64,000 bases of DNA from Schmidtea polychroa (lineage: Eukaryota), in the NCBI GenBank assembly GCA_044892525.1, contig CM097885.1, forward strand, positions 52,516,001 to 52,580,000. The letters run 5' to 3'. The notes beneath the pieces were generated by a model that saw nothing but the letters and a program-made list of their open reading frames with translations, was not told the DNA's origin and made no database searches. Positions 1-11,115 of the stretch are shown here, piece by piece. A program made the position numbers and the translations under genes. Every line of letters starts with the position of its first letter. Positions within the stretch are counted from its first letter, which is position 1.

Positions 1-240
1 TCCCTCCCTTGCTCATAAGTGTATTATATTTAAATTTATTTTAATTAAATAAAAACATATTCATTTTCTTTATAAAAATTAATTTCATTATTTGTTTCAT
101 AACAAAATTGACTTCATACATTTTCTTTATAACAAAATTGACTTCATATTAATTTAAAAAATCATAATAATTTAAAGTAAATTAATTTAAAAATCATAAT
201 AATTTAAAGCATATTAATTTTAAAATTTTAAAAAACCTAC

Positions 241-505
241 ATTTAGGTTTCTTGCACGCGAGATTGTGTACAGCATTATTTACTAAAAAATCATAATAAT
301 AATAATAATTTAAAAATTAAATTTACCATAATTTCCGGAAACATTATTTTCAATTCCATTACTTGCTGAAAAATTATAAGTTCCCGAAACATTATTTTCA
401 TTAATGTAGACTAAAATATAAATAAAAATAAAAACATATTAATAAAAAATTACCCATACGATTTCTTCGAATCATTTCCTTGATTTCATTTGAAATATTT
501 TGCAT
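241..505 (-). CDS. Exons 1-3 (505-454, 410-327, 282-241) of the element A pPolB N-terminal gene; continues beyond the window start
   Basis: ATG at 505 downstream of CCAAT/TATA-like motifs, with phase-1 GT-AG introns of 43 and 44 nt. In copy 2 the same exons splice in frame to ORF 37948-39057. Confidence 0.7.
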
Positions 506-719
506 TTTGAATAAATGAAAAAGAATTACAAAAACATAGATTATATATGTAACGTTTATCCAATCAAAATGCAGATAGGATAGAAAAAATTAACGCACAC
601 ATATTCATGTCTTTGTTTAAAAAAGAATGAGTCATCGATGACTCACAAATAATGTCTTTGTTACTCACATAAAGACATGCAATACAAGTGCATGAAATTT
701 GTTGATATGAATAATAAAA

Positions 720-872
<153 letters not shown>

Positions 873-894
873 CTTGTGACATTTAATACATTTA

Positions 895-1279
895 TTAAAC
901 AAAATTATACATTGATAACAACCATGCAAGGCAATGTTGGCCACAAGTAATTGAAAATGGATTTTGATACCGAGTTCGATTATATACAATAGGTTTACCA
1001 ATAGTTTGCAATTTACTAATTAATAAATTTGGGTAATAATATCCAAAGGGATCGAATGCATATACTCGGTTTGGTTTCACATATACAGCAATCCAATGTT
1101 CACCTCCTAAACTAGATGTATGAGTATTGACGATTATGGCTTGATTATTTCTCAAATATGGAATTTTATCCAGTGGATAAACTCCAAGAAATTCGTTTCC
1201 CAATAATTGAGTACCAATTCGAGACACCTGAATAGAACTAATCAATAAGTTAAATTATAAAATAAAAATCTTACTCCAT
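895..1279 (-). CDS. Adenain-like cysteine protease (2 exons; intron 1238-1274)
   Basis: Catalytic motifs GEHW, FDPFG and Q...CGQHC. The ORF has no ATG unless the 37-nt GTAAG...TTAG intron is removed, which gives MDSIQV. Confidence 0.85.
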
Positions 1280-1309
1280 AAAAAACTTTAATCTTTTAAA
1301 TTTCTTCAT

Positions 1310-2536
1310 TTATACTAGTACAGTTCGATTTGCAGTAATTTGGATTTCATTTTCAAAAACCCCATAGATTATTACATGGACTGGTTCAGTAGTTGCTTTA
1401 CCGAACTTAATATCCAATCTCAAATTGCCACTTTGAGGTAATTGACTTTGATTTAAATCAAAATCTGGAGCCAGAACAAATGTGAAAAATGGATAGAATG
1501 TTTTGAATTCTTCCAGACTTATACCACAATTAAGATTTTTATCCAAATATCCTAAATTTCTGACAAGACTTTGCATATATGAAGTACAATAATTATCATT
1601 ATCAAAATCTTGAGTATAAGTTTCTCGATAATCAGTATTTTTCGATAATGAAAGAGAAGTTACACTAAAGTGTTTGAATTTTGATGAAGATGTATCATAA
1701 GATCCGTTATATTGAGCTTCACTTTGAAAAGTTACAAGGATAAAATTAGGCATTCTTCGATCTCCAAATATTTGCTCCTTGTAAAAAGATGATGCTCCTT
1801 TAGCAATTGCAAATGATACAATTTCTTTTGTTTTTATCGGATAAATTGCATGTTTGGTATTTAATCCAATTTGATGTCCCGCTAATACAGACGATTCACA
1901 TCGAACTCTTCGAACCATTAATTTGGCATCGAGTAATATTAATTTAGGTGCTGCACCTGCAACTCCAGTTGATAATGACAATGCAGAATCAGATCTTTTC
2001 AATCTCATATGTACATTAACACCTGGTAGTAAATATTTGGGTTGATCCATAAAATCCAATTGTAGAGATGAACACATGTTGAAAGTTTTTGAGCCTTTAA
2101 TCCACTTTTTTCGATCATCAGATACACCATATCCCATTGGAGTTAGACAAGTATCTTTAGTATCATTATTATAATTTAAAATAGTTTCGATAATTGCCTT
2201 GTGAGCATATGTATTGTTTCCACCCTCAATTTTAATGTTATTAAATCCAAGAATAACATCTTTAAAGAGAGTATGAAACAAGAAATTATTAGGTTCAGTT
2301 GTATCATCTGCAGCTAATGCTTTATTGTCTTTATCTACAACTTTTATTTGAACATACAACAAAGTATCGTTCAAATCTAAATATTCTGTTTGAGAACCAT
2401 TAATGTAAAATTCCACATCATTTCTACTATCGGTAATAGAATTCATTGGAAATACATCTTCAAATGCTCCATATTCGATAACCGCCTGAGGCGATGGTCG
2501 ATCAAATAGACATAATTCAGATTTACCGCAAATCAT
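1310..2536 (-). CDS. Major capsid protein (double jelly-roll, Polinton PY)
   Basis: 408 aa with KSELCLF start, EYLDLNDTLLYV, QPKYLLPGV and GNLRLDIKF motifs typical of Polinton MCP. Confidence 0.9.
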   Translation of the reverse strand: MICGKSELCLFDRPSPQAVIEYGAFEDVFPMNSITDSRNDVEFYINGSQTEYLDLNDTLLYVQIKVVDKDNKALAADDTTEPNNFLFHTLFKDVILGFNNIKIEGGNNTYAHKAIIETILNYNNDTKDTCLTPMGYGVSDDRKKWIKGSKTFNMCSSLQLDFMDQPKYLLPGVNVHMRLKRSDSALSLSTGVAGAAPKLILLDAKLMVRRVRCESSVLAGHQIGLNTKHAIYPIKTKEIVSFAIAKGASSFYKEQIFGDRRMPNFILVTFQSEAQYNGSYDTSSSKFKHFSVTSLSLSKNTDYRETYTQDFDNDNYCTSYMQSLVRNLGYLDKNLNCGISLEEFKTFYPFFTFVLAPDFDLNQSQLPQSGNLRLDIKFGKATTEPVHVIIYGVFENEIQITANRTVLV

Positions 2537-2922
2537 TCTTCAAATATGGTTCCGTGTCCTTTCATTCGTTTGTTTATATGCCTTCTCCCTCTCTTGCGTT
2601 TAGTTCCCATACTTGTTTTAATTTCACTTTCAAATTTACGTTTTACTGGTACCAGTGCTGGTTCAGTTTTAAACATACCAGGTATTACTTTACTTATTTC
2701 AGCAATTGCATTTGATTTCAACGATGGTAATATTTTCTTGTCATTCATAATTACATCTTTTGCAGTTTTCATACCGAAATTACCAATACGTTTAAGAATT
2801 GGTAACGCAAATCTACCAATTGTTCTCAACCACCCACTTCCGTACTGTTTACCAACAAAATATGGTAATTCGCCACAACTTTGGCTACCACTATACATAC
2901 TAATAATATCAGAATTAGCCAT
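2533..2922 (-). CDS. Basic virion core/membrane-active protein with protease-cleavage motifs
   Basis: QYGSG and MKGHG motifs, amphipathic WLRTIGRFALPILKRIG, basic tail. Lies between penton and MCP with overlapping start/stop. Confidence 0.65.
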   Translation of the reverse strand: MANSDIISMYSGSQSCGELPYFVGKQYGSGWLRTIGRFALPILKRIGNFGMKTAKDVIMNDKKILPSLKSNAIAEISKVIPGMFKTEPALVPVKRKFESEIKTSMGTKRKRGRRHINKRMKGHGTIFEE

Positions 2923-3934
2923 CTACTTTACGAAAATGTAGTGTCAAATGAGTTTTTGAATCTTTTGCAAATTCGATTAATTGACCAGAATCATCTCTTA
3001 TATTTATTTCTATATTGTTTATACAGGATGTTGAAACAGGCAAATACATGGGATTTTCTACATTGATTTGTACAACATCATCTTGTTCATGTTTCTCAAC
3101 CCAAATAGATTTCAATAGAGGAACCAAAGAATCACCAACAATTATGGGTTCAATAATATTAGTATAGAGAAACATTTGATGATGAAGTTTAATTATTTTC
3201 GGTTTATTCATACCTACATTTAATTTTCCATCTTGAATATATGTTCCTTTTGATAATCCTAATGTTTTTATTAGATTTTTATCAAAAGTAATTTCAGTAA
3301 TATCAGTATTCAAACTGAATTTGAACAAAGTATTGTCTACTAATTCCAATGATTTAAATATTGATCCACAATTCTGAATTAAATATGATTGTAATTCCTC
3401 CAATTTAGAAATGTATAAATTCTCATTAAACGTATATGTATTTTCAGTTTCACCCTCAAACTCAACTTTCATTGAAATTGTCTCATATCGCGCTGCTACT
3501 TTGGTAAATCTCGGCCGTAGTACTTGGAATATATTAGTATGATTTCTATTACTCTGACTTGTTAATTCCAATCGTTTTGCCATTGCTAAACTATCAAATT
3601 TTATAGTAAAGGGATGATATTTACATTCAACTATTAAATATTGACGATCAATATACATTTTGACAATTGAATCGGAAGGACCAATATCAATTCGATCTTC
3701 TACATTATCAATGACAAAAGAGATATTTCTTTGCGTCTCTTTCTTTTTATATTCAATTTTAGCTTTACTATAAATTGGAAAGAGATTGTACACAAATGTA
3801 AAGTCAAGGAGAGCAACTTCCCAATTACCATTTAAATAAATCGGATTTTGGAGATTGACCATAAATTTACTGGCAGTGTTTTCTGGATGTATATTCGGAC
3901 AACTATTACTTGGCAAAATAATGTAAAAATTCAT
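2915..3934 (-). CDS. Minor capsid protein (penton, Polinton PX)
   Basis: N-terminal FYIILPSNS...NTASKF...WEVAL and C-terminal YTNIIEP...VGD...PLL...YLPV...IRDDSG. The likely start is Met at 3934. Confidence 0.85.
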   Translation of the reverse strand: MNFYIILPSNSCPNIHPENTASKFMVNLQNPIYLNGNWEVALLDFTFVYNLFPIYSKAKIEYKKKETQRNISFVIDNVEDRIDIGPSDSIVKMYIDRQYLIVECKYHPFTIKFDSLAMAKRLELTSQSNRNHTNIFQVLRPRFTKVAARYETISMKVEFEGETENTYTFNENLYISKLEELQSYLIQNCGSIFKSLELVDNTLFKFSLNTDITEITFDKNLIKTLGLSKGTYIQDGKLNVGMNKPKIIKLHHQMFLYTNIIEPIIVGDSLVPLLKSIWVEKHEQDDVVQINVENPMYLPVSTSCINNIEINIRDDSGQLIEFAKDSKTHLTLHFRKVDG

Positions 3935-4571
3935 TTTACGAGGTCTCGAGACGATATCCATGATGGGTTTTTATATCCATGCCATTTGACATAGTATTGT
4001 TTATCCTTACCCACCATTTTAGTTTTCAATATTTTTTGAATTCTAAATACTTTTGGGGGAGGAATGACTTGTAATTCTTGCTCATAAAATTTCCCTTGTA
4101 CAATGTTATTTTCAGAATCTCTGATGACATACATCACAGGGTTCTGGCTAGTATTTATTTTCGAAATTACAAAGACTTCATCACTCCAATTTGTATCGAA
4201 ATTTTTAATAAATGGTGATGCACTAATTTTACTAATTCTAACATGGTCACCAACTTTATATTTCGGTTTTGTAATTTTTTCAGATTTTTTAGAATAGAAT
4301 GTTTTTGATGTGATATCAACCGGTCTCAATCCATTAAGTCCTCGATGTGACTAGTTATAACTGGTTATAATTTTTGGTAAAACCAATACCCATTTTTTAT
4401 TACCTTGATACACGAACAATTTCTTTAATCTATCTCTCAAGGTTCTGTTAAATCTTTCAACATGAGCAGCTTTGTATTGAGAATGTACCGAGTAGTGATT
4501 TATTTTCAGTTTATCGAGGATTTGCTTAACTTTACTGTTGTAGAATTCTTTACCTAAAATAATAATAATAT

Positions 4572-4660
<89 letters not shown>

Positions 4661-5048
4661 CTAAATCCGTTTGTAAATTATTAGGATGTCCATTTTTAAA
4701 TAAAATATTAATAGCTTTGGACATTTCATCTGCAGATTTTGACTTGACTGGTATTGCTCGTGCAAACCTGCTGTATACATTAATACACGTTAAAATATAT
4801 TTATACCCCTTGTTAATTTTTGAATAGGGTATCATCTCCATCAAATCCATTTGCCACAAATCATTTATTCCATATGTTTTATACGCTCTTGTTGGAAATC
4901 TTTTCTGCATTGGTTTGTTCAAACTGTACGCTAGTTGATTTGATAACCACTTCTGGGTTTCTTTTTTCGAATTCGGAACTCTTTTCTTTAATTTTGCCAC
5001 TCCACCGAAACCGGCTTCGTCTTCTGGGTTCGTCCAAATCTTCTCCAT
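3931..5048 (-). pseudogene. Retroviral-type (rve) integrase with C-terminal chromodomain; intron 4554-4660; in-frame TAG at 4351-4353
   Basis: WQMDL, splice-restored QTDLG|KEFY, VERFNRTL (DDE), then YN*SHRG. Chromodomain YYVKWHGY...SW. Confidence 0.88.
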
Positions 5049-5103
5049 TACAACAGGAAGATTTAAAATTCAAATTAAGATTTGGTAATGATTGACCCAT
5101 TGT

Positions 5104-5595
5104 TTATGATGATGATTTTAATAAACCTGCCCCTCCCAATAAAGATAATGCTATTGGTATCAAGGCTGCAATGAAGCCTCCTTGTTGTTTATATATGATT
5201 TTACGCATACGTTTTTTATTTTTAGTATTTACTAATGATAATAGTGGTTTCTTGTGTCTGTTCAAAATCTTTTTATTTGATGTACTTATACGGAATTTAC
5301 CTTTAACAACTTTAATTAAAATAGCAAGTAAATCATCAATAACATAATTTGGAAAAGACTGTAAAATATTCATTCTTCTCATACTGGGAGCCTTAAGTAA
5401 TGCAATGAAAAACGGAAAACTACGATGAGAATTACTCGGCGGAATATGATTACTCGGTGGAATACGATTACTCGGCGGAATATTACCAATAAGCAATTTT
5501 TTCGATGGTGTGAAACTAGTTTTTGGTGGAATCTTAACCACTTTTGCAGGTTTCCTTCTTGTAGGTTTTGTCTTTACACGAGTTTTTAGTAACAT
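5104..5595 (-). CDS. Basic core protein resembling adenovirus pX-type precursors
   Basis: K/R-rich with IPPSN repeats. C-terminal QQGG|FIAALIPIALSLLGG resembles the adenoviral pX GG|FLPALIP end. Confidence 0.6.
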   Translation of the reverse strand: MLLKTRVKTKPTRRKPAKVVKIPPKTSFTPSKKLLIGNIPPSNRIPPSNHIPPSNSHRSFPFFIALLKAPSMRRMNILQSFPNYVIDDLLAILIKVVKGKFRISTSNKKILNRHKKPLLSLVNTKNKKRMRKIIYKQQGGFIAALIPIALSLLGGAGLLKSSS

Positions 5596-5616
5596 GATTG
5601 ATAATTTATTTTGGTT

Positions 5617-6240
5617 TTATCTTTGTTTATATACTATAGCTCCTTCCTTGTTAAATATATCTGTTCTTACTCGTAATTCATCAGGACACTGTTGTGTAAA
5701 ATCTAGAAAAATATATCCATGTGGGGATTTTGTTGCATCGACAAATGCATTCATTAAGAAATTTCGATTATTTGGATATGCTTGCCTTGCAAGAAAGTCA
5801 ATCACTGTAGCATCTCTCGGATTTTTGAAAACAACTAAATATTGAACATTCAAATTACGAGTTCGGTGAGATCCACCTTGATGAAAAAGATTTTGAGTGA
5901 TAAAAATTACAGTGACACCTTTATGTCTACTAATTTTTGTAAACAAATTATTAAAATCCTTTTCTTTATTTGCTTCTTGATATAAATCATCAATAATAAT
6001 CACATCACCCTGTCGTAATCTAGATGACCAGTTTTTATCGAACCCTTTTATGATTGTCATTTTGATTTTACAAAACTGATCTTGTGTCATTCCGCTTTCA
6101 TCATCAGCTCCCCTATGCCAATAAATTTTATTAAATTTTGACTTGAATAATTTTGATTGTAATAATTTACAAACAAACAATGTTTTCCCGCTACCACTCG
6201 GGCCAACGATTTGGTATACTGCATCATTTCTTAATTGCAT
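5617..6240 (-). CDS. A32/FtsK-like genome packaging ATPase
   Basis: Walker A GPSGSGKT, Walker B IIIDD, SRH...ITQNLF, FKNPRD. Confidence 0.92.
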   Translation of the reverse strand: MQLRNDAVYQIVGPSGSGKTLFVCKLLQSKLFKSKFNKIYWHRGADDESGMTQDQFCKIKMTIIKGFDKNWSSRLRQGDVIIIDDLYQEANKEKDFNNLFTKISRHKGVTVIFITQNLFHQGGSHRTRNLNVQYLVVFKNPRDATVIDFLARQAYPNNRNFLMNAFVDATKSPHGYIFLDFTQQCPDELRVRTDIFNKEGAIVYKQR

Positions 6241-6348
6241 TTTTTATTTTTAATTTTAAAATATCTAGTTATTGTTTATATTAGATGATTTTAATGAACT
6301 CTTGCTAAAGTTGTATATAAAGAGTAAAATTTCATAAATGATTTAATT

Positions 6349-6786
6349 ATGCTTGCAAATATAAATTATCGAGGAAATTTTGATGTTTCAAAAATGAGGT
6401 TCCCACCAGGAAAACCACAGCAAATTGTCGATAGAAGCGGGAAATATCCGATAATATTTTTCAAGACTGGCAAATGCAGAATTATGGGATGTAAGGAACC
6501 ATTGGATATTAATAAATTACAATATCGAATCAATAATATTAAAATTCAATCAATTACCGTTACTATGGATATGGGACATACTATCAATTTATACAAAATA
6601 TCGAGAAAATGTGATTGTATGTTTGAACCGGAATTGTTTCCGGCATTAAGACTATTAAAATATAACCCTATATGTGTCAATGTGTTTTCAAGTGGAAAGG
6701 TTGTCATGCTTGGGTTGAGAAATTTAGACTATAGGGAATTTGTTAACAATGTTCGGAATGAGTTAAATTCATTGGTCGATTTCTAA
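6349..6786 (+). CDS. TATA-binding protein (TBP)-like protein
   Basis: Two TBP repeats: IIFFKTGKCRIMGCK and FEPELFPAL...VNVFSSGKVVMLG, matching the TBP IFSSGK and YEPELFPGL...IFVSGKVVLTG patterns. Confidence 0.82.
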   Translation: MLANINYRGNFDVSKMRFPPGKPQQIVDRSGKYPIIFFKTGKCRIMGCKEPLDINKLQYRINNIKIQSITVTMDMGHTINLYKISRKCDCMFEPELFPALRLLKYNPICVNVFSSGKVVMLGLRNLDYREFVNNVRNELNSLVDF

Positions 6787-6839
6787 TTGGTTAATTTCTA
6801 ATTGGTTAATAATAATAATATTAACTGTTTATTGTTTAG

Positions 6840-7090
6840 ATGTCATTAATAATGTATACTAGCGCGGCAAAATCAATGTCTGAGATCGATAATTACGGTA
6901 AATTTTTAATTTATATATATTTTTTATATATTTTATAGATGAATATTCCAAAGTGATGTTAAATTGCCTCAAGTATTTCTATCCTCAATTGAATGAAATT
7001 CTGAAGGACAGGGATCCAGAGATTATACCAGATTTGGTATACAATGAAACAAGAATCTGGATGTTCGATATATTAAATCAATTCCAATGA
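6840..7090 (+). CDS. Small spliced hypothetical protein (69 aa; intron 6898-6938)
   Basis: Removing the 41-nt GTAAAT...TATAG intron joins two open segments: MSLIMYTSAAKSMSEIDNY|DEYSKVML...NQFQ*. Confidence 0.55.
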
Positions 7091-7291
7091 GTAGATCGAC
7101 AGAATGTAGAAAGAAATGGAATATCCATGTATCATTGGATGCAGTTGTTGTGCTGATCGTTATCAGCGATATGTAGAATGGAATTTAGTAAAAACACTTA
7201 GAAGATATTACTATTCTAGGATTGTTGATTTAAATTAATAAATATTTTTTATGTATTTTGTTTTTTTTTTTTTTATATATTGATGACCAAA

Positions 7292-7329
<38 letters not shown>

Positions 7330-7525
7330 TAATAATAATAATAATAATCATACATGTGCAACATTAATGCAATTTAAACAAAGACACATTAATGCAAACC
7401 ATGTGCAACATTGATGCAATTTAAACAAAGACATGTGCAATACAAATGCAAAGCATGTGCAACATTGATGTAATTTAAACTTTAATCTGATTGGTTGTTC
7501 CATTTATTTTGAAGGTATAAAAACC
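7330..7525 (+). promoter_or_regulatory. Pol II promoter with repeated enhancer-like modules
   Basis: Three CATGTGCAACATT(A/G)ATG(C/T)AATTTAAAC units, inverted CCAAT (CTGATTGG, 7487) and TATAAAA (7516), 41 nt before ATG 7557. Confidence 0.6.
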
Positions 7526-7556
7526 CTGTACCATTTCATTTTAATCATAATTCACG

Positions 7557-7964
7557 ATGGTCAAGAAAAGCACTGAAAAACCGAAAGATGAACTTGTTCA
7601 GCCTGTTCAAATGTTCCACAACTACAAAATGTATTTTTTAAAAGAAGAAATCAATATGAAATTGGTTGCACCGGTCAAGTTAATTCCAACTCAATTTCAA
7701 TTCTTATCCGGCACGCTTTCAATGGTAGATGTTAAAACCATAGATGATGTTTTCAAACGGTTGAATTCAAATCTATCATGTAATCAAAATGCATGGTTCA
7801 ACAACCGATATGCAAAATTTTATGATGCCTTTGATGAAATCAGTTTCAAAGAAAACGAAAATTGGTATATAACAATTGCAATCCAAGGATATAAAGTCGA
7901 TAATAATGATGTGTATTCTCCAATTTGGAAAATTATGTCTGCTAGGCTTTCACAACTATTTTAA
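7557..7964 (+). CDS. Hypothetical protein (135 aa)
   Basis: Clean ATG ORF behind a TATA box and followed by AATAAA; identical in both copies. Confidence 0.7.
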   Translation: MVKKSTEKPKDELVQPVQMFHNYKMYFLKEEINMKLVAPVKLIPTQFQFLSGTLSMVDVKTIDDVFKRLNSNLSCNQNAWFNNRYAKFYDAFDEISFKENENWYITIAIQGYKVDNNDVYSPIWKIMSARLSQLF

Positions 7965-8116
7965 TGTATTTAATAAATGTATATAATGTATTTTAATAAA
8001 TGTATTTAATGTATTTAATCTTATTTATTTTATTAATATTAATGCAACAGTAATGCAAATTTAACAAAGACATTCTATAAACAAACTTACATTATAGTTT
8101 AAAAGTGTTAATAAAA

Positions 8117-8545
8117 ATGACTACAGAAAAAGGTTAATTTTGATTAATAACTTACCGAATTATTTATTATTTAGAAATTGTAATCAACTTTTTGTTGGAA
8201 AAATTGGCAGAAATAGCTGGTGTAAATGTTGAGGATATATTATCTGTTGCAAATGCATTAAATATAGGCTGGATAGTTGAAAGTCAAGATTCAGGATTTG
8301 ATGAAAGTGAAGTGAGTCAAGAAACTGATGTAGAAATTGATGGAGAAAATGATGGAGAAAACACCCAAGAAATTAGTGAAAACACCCAAGAAATTAGTGA
8401 AAACATCCAAGAAATTGATGGAGAAAACATCCAAGAAATTGATGGAGAAAACAATCAAGAACAACCTAACGATTGTATAGATCATGTAGTTGATAATATT
8501 ATGAAATGTGGAGATGACTATTGTGAATGTGTTAATAAATGTTAA
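8117..8545 (+). CDS. Acidic repeat protein with Cys-rich C-terminus (intron 8133-8174)
   Basis: The 42-nt GT-AG intron supplies an ATG: MTTEK|EIVINFLLEKLAE. ENTQEIS/ENIQEIDG repeats. Confidence 0.65.
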
Positions 8546-8587
8546 ATTTTAAATTTTGTTTTTTATACATAAGAAAAATAACAAAAA

Positions 8588-8779
8588 TTAATATTTATTT
8601 AAATATTTAAATAACATATACAATAAAACAATTCCTGTTGTGAGTTTAATATAGTTTTTCATTTTTCTTTTGATTTCATCAGTTTCTTTAGCATTGCGGG
8701 CGAGTTGATTGAGTATATCCCATCCGCCATTATCTTCTATCCATGGACTAAACTTGGATTTGATTATCTAAAAAAAAAA

Positions 8780-8819
<40 letters not shown>

Positions 8820-9120
8820 TTACTTCTAAAGACCACTGATAATAATGTTCTGAGTCATGTTGGCATTTCGCAATGATTATCTTCATGTAGGTGAACCCTA
8901 CAATAATTCTTGTCCATTTCATGTCTTCATCGCAGAGACATTGAAATATATTGTTAAAATAATTCTTCTTTGATTCAAGACAATCCATATCAAGCATTCT
9001 CTGGTAGTCGATATGGTTGCCTTCAATAATTTGTTCAGTCCGATTGACCAGGAAATTGAGGCTGTCGACTATATTCGCTGTGACTAGTCCATTTAGAACG
9101 TTTTCAATAAATTTAGACAT
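8588..9120 (-). CDS. Bcl-2 family protein (158 aa, 2 exons; intron 8768-8823)
   Basis: BH1-like MKWTRIIVGFTY in exon 1. Exon 2 encodes BH2 PWIEDNGGWD and a C-terminal hydrophobic anchor LTTGIVLLYMLFKY. Confidence 0.85.
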
Positions 9121-9229
9121 TTTTTACAATAATTTTTAATATACTGTCTTATTTATACTACTGTGTGTGTAATATGATTCTGATTGGTTGATAGACTATA
9201 AATGTAAAACATAATAGATTTGATACAAC

Positions 9230-9730
9230 ATGAAAACTATATTTCTATTGCTAATTATTATAAGGAGTGTGTGCTCACACAATACGACAATAACGGTGGA
9301 GTCTTTTAATAAATCAATATGTATTTGTCCAAATACCGCCAAGTTGATGGATATTTTATATATTCTTGACAAACCAAAATGGGCAAAGCATCCAGGAAAA
9401 AGAATATCCCAAAGATTGGAGAATTTAGAAAACAGCTATGACCTATCTTTTGAATATATACAAAATATAAAATTTAAATTGATTGATCATATTGAGGTTT
9501 TCAATAACTCAATTGTTGAAAATAAAAAGAATATGAAAATTATTGATAAGAAACATGAACATTTGTTAAGAAAGATTGATTTAATAATATTCGAAATTCG
9601 AACAATAAAAGAATCGATAGAAAATTTGAAAACCAATTCAACGTTACCAATTTCAAACAAGATGGCAGCAAATATGAGTACATCAATATTTAAATGGCCA
9701 TTGTTAATTTTAAATTATTTCATTGTTTAA
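9230..9730 (+). CDS. Predicted secreted/membrane coiled-coil glycoprotein
   Basis: Signal-peptide-like N-terminus, NxS/T sequons, heptad region and hydrophobic C-terminus. CCAAT and TATA at 9180-9203. Confidence 0.65.
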   Translation: MKTIFLLLIIIRSVCSHNTTITVESFNKSICICPNTAKLMDILYILDKPKWAKHPGKRISQRLENLENSYDLSFEYIQNIKFKLIDHIEVFNNSIVENKKNMKIIDKKHEHLLRKIDLIIFEIRTIKESIENLKTNSTLPISNKMAANMSTSIFKWPLLILNYFIV

Positions 9731-9831
9731 TAAATGTATTGATTTAAATTATCTTTTGTCTGATATATTATTATTATTATTGGCATAAATATTATTAATT
9801 TAATTATTATTATTACTAGTATTGTCATAAA

Positions 9832-9924
<93 letters not shown>

Positions 9925-10281
9925 TTACATAAAGACATTTCATGCACTTGTATTGCACTTGTATTGCATGTCTTTATGTGAGTAGAAATTACTGAGTGAG
10001 TAACAATGACTCATCGATGAGTCATATTCAGAGAACAAAGCATCGATAATATCCAATTCTGATTGGTTAGATGTTATCGATACTTTGTATATATTTTTCA
10101 AATGAGGTAATTATTATTTTTATGATTTAAATTTTTTATAATTAAATTTCTTATGATTAATTTTAATTTTTATTTCTTTATGAAACCAGTTTTTATGAAA
10201 ACAAATTATATGATTTATGAAATAAATTTTATGAAAACAAACTTTTTTATGAAGAAATGGGTATGTTTTTATTATTATTAA

Positions 10282-10353
<72 letters not shown>

Positions 10354-10419
10354 TGTTATTATTATTATTATTCTGTAGCGACATACAATAAATTTTGGTT
10401 TACCAAAAAAGAAGTCTTC

Positions 10420-11115
10420 TAAAAATTAGAGTCGTGTGATGAGTCTTTCTTTTAAAAATAAATGATTGGTCTTTGTTCAAAAAAGTCATCGATGAGTCAT
10501 ACAAGGGGGGGGGGTATGCAAAAAAAAGAAACCCCCTATCTAAACTATGAGTCATCGATGAGTCTTTGTCTATATGTCTTTGTTTAAATGTACTTAAATA
10601 TTTGATTAAATGTCTTTGTTTAAATATTTGTTTAAATGTATTTATTTAAATATTTGTTTAAATGTATTTATTTAAATTTTTGTTTAAATGTATTTATTTA
10701 AATATTTGTTTAAATGTATTTATTTAAATATTTGTTTAAATGTATTTATTTAAATATTAAATATGTCTTTGTTAAAAAAATGATGAGTCATACATACTTT
10801 AATAATGAGTCAGTTGGCTTTGTTCCAAAAATGATGAGTCATATGACCTTGTTACTAAAAATAGAATGACCTTGACCTAGTTACTAAAAATAGAATGACC
10901 TTGACCTAGTTACTAAAAATAGAATGACCTTGACCTAGTTACCGTGGTTGCCACGGTTGCTATGGATGAGTCATATAACCTTGACCCAGTTAGCGCTGTT
11001 GCTATGGATGAGTCATCGATGAGTCATATGTCTTTGTTTTGCGCTGAGTCATCGGGGGGGGTAGTGCAAAAAAATGACAAAAAACGATGAGTCATGGAGC
11101 ACATTTCTCTCTACT
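10420..11115. repeat. Repeat-rich right terminus of element A
   Basis: Many GATGAGTCAT, TGACCTTGA and TCTTTGTT motifs, a 28-bp TTTGTTTAAATGTATTTATTTAAATA array and a 29-bp GTTACTAAAAATAGAATGACCTTGACCTA array. Confidence 0.85.

Noticed and set aside
4351..4353. Stop-codon readthrough or alternative genetic code explaining in-frame stops
   Set aside because: Only isolated stops of different types (TAG, TAA) occur, alongside other clear lesions; TAA and TAG end normal genes here, so simple decay is more likely.
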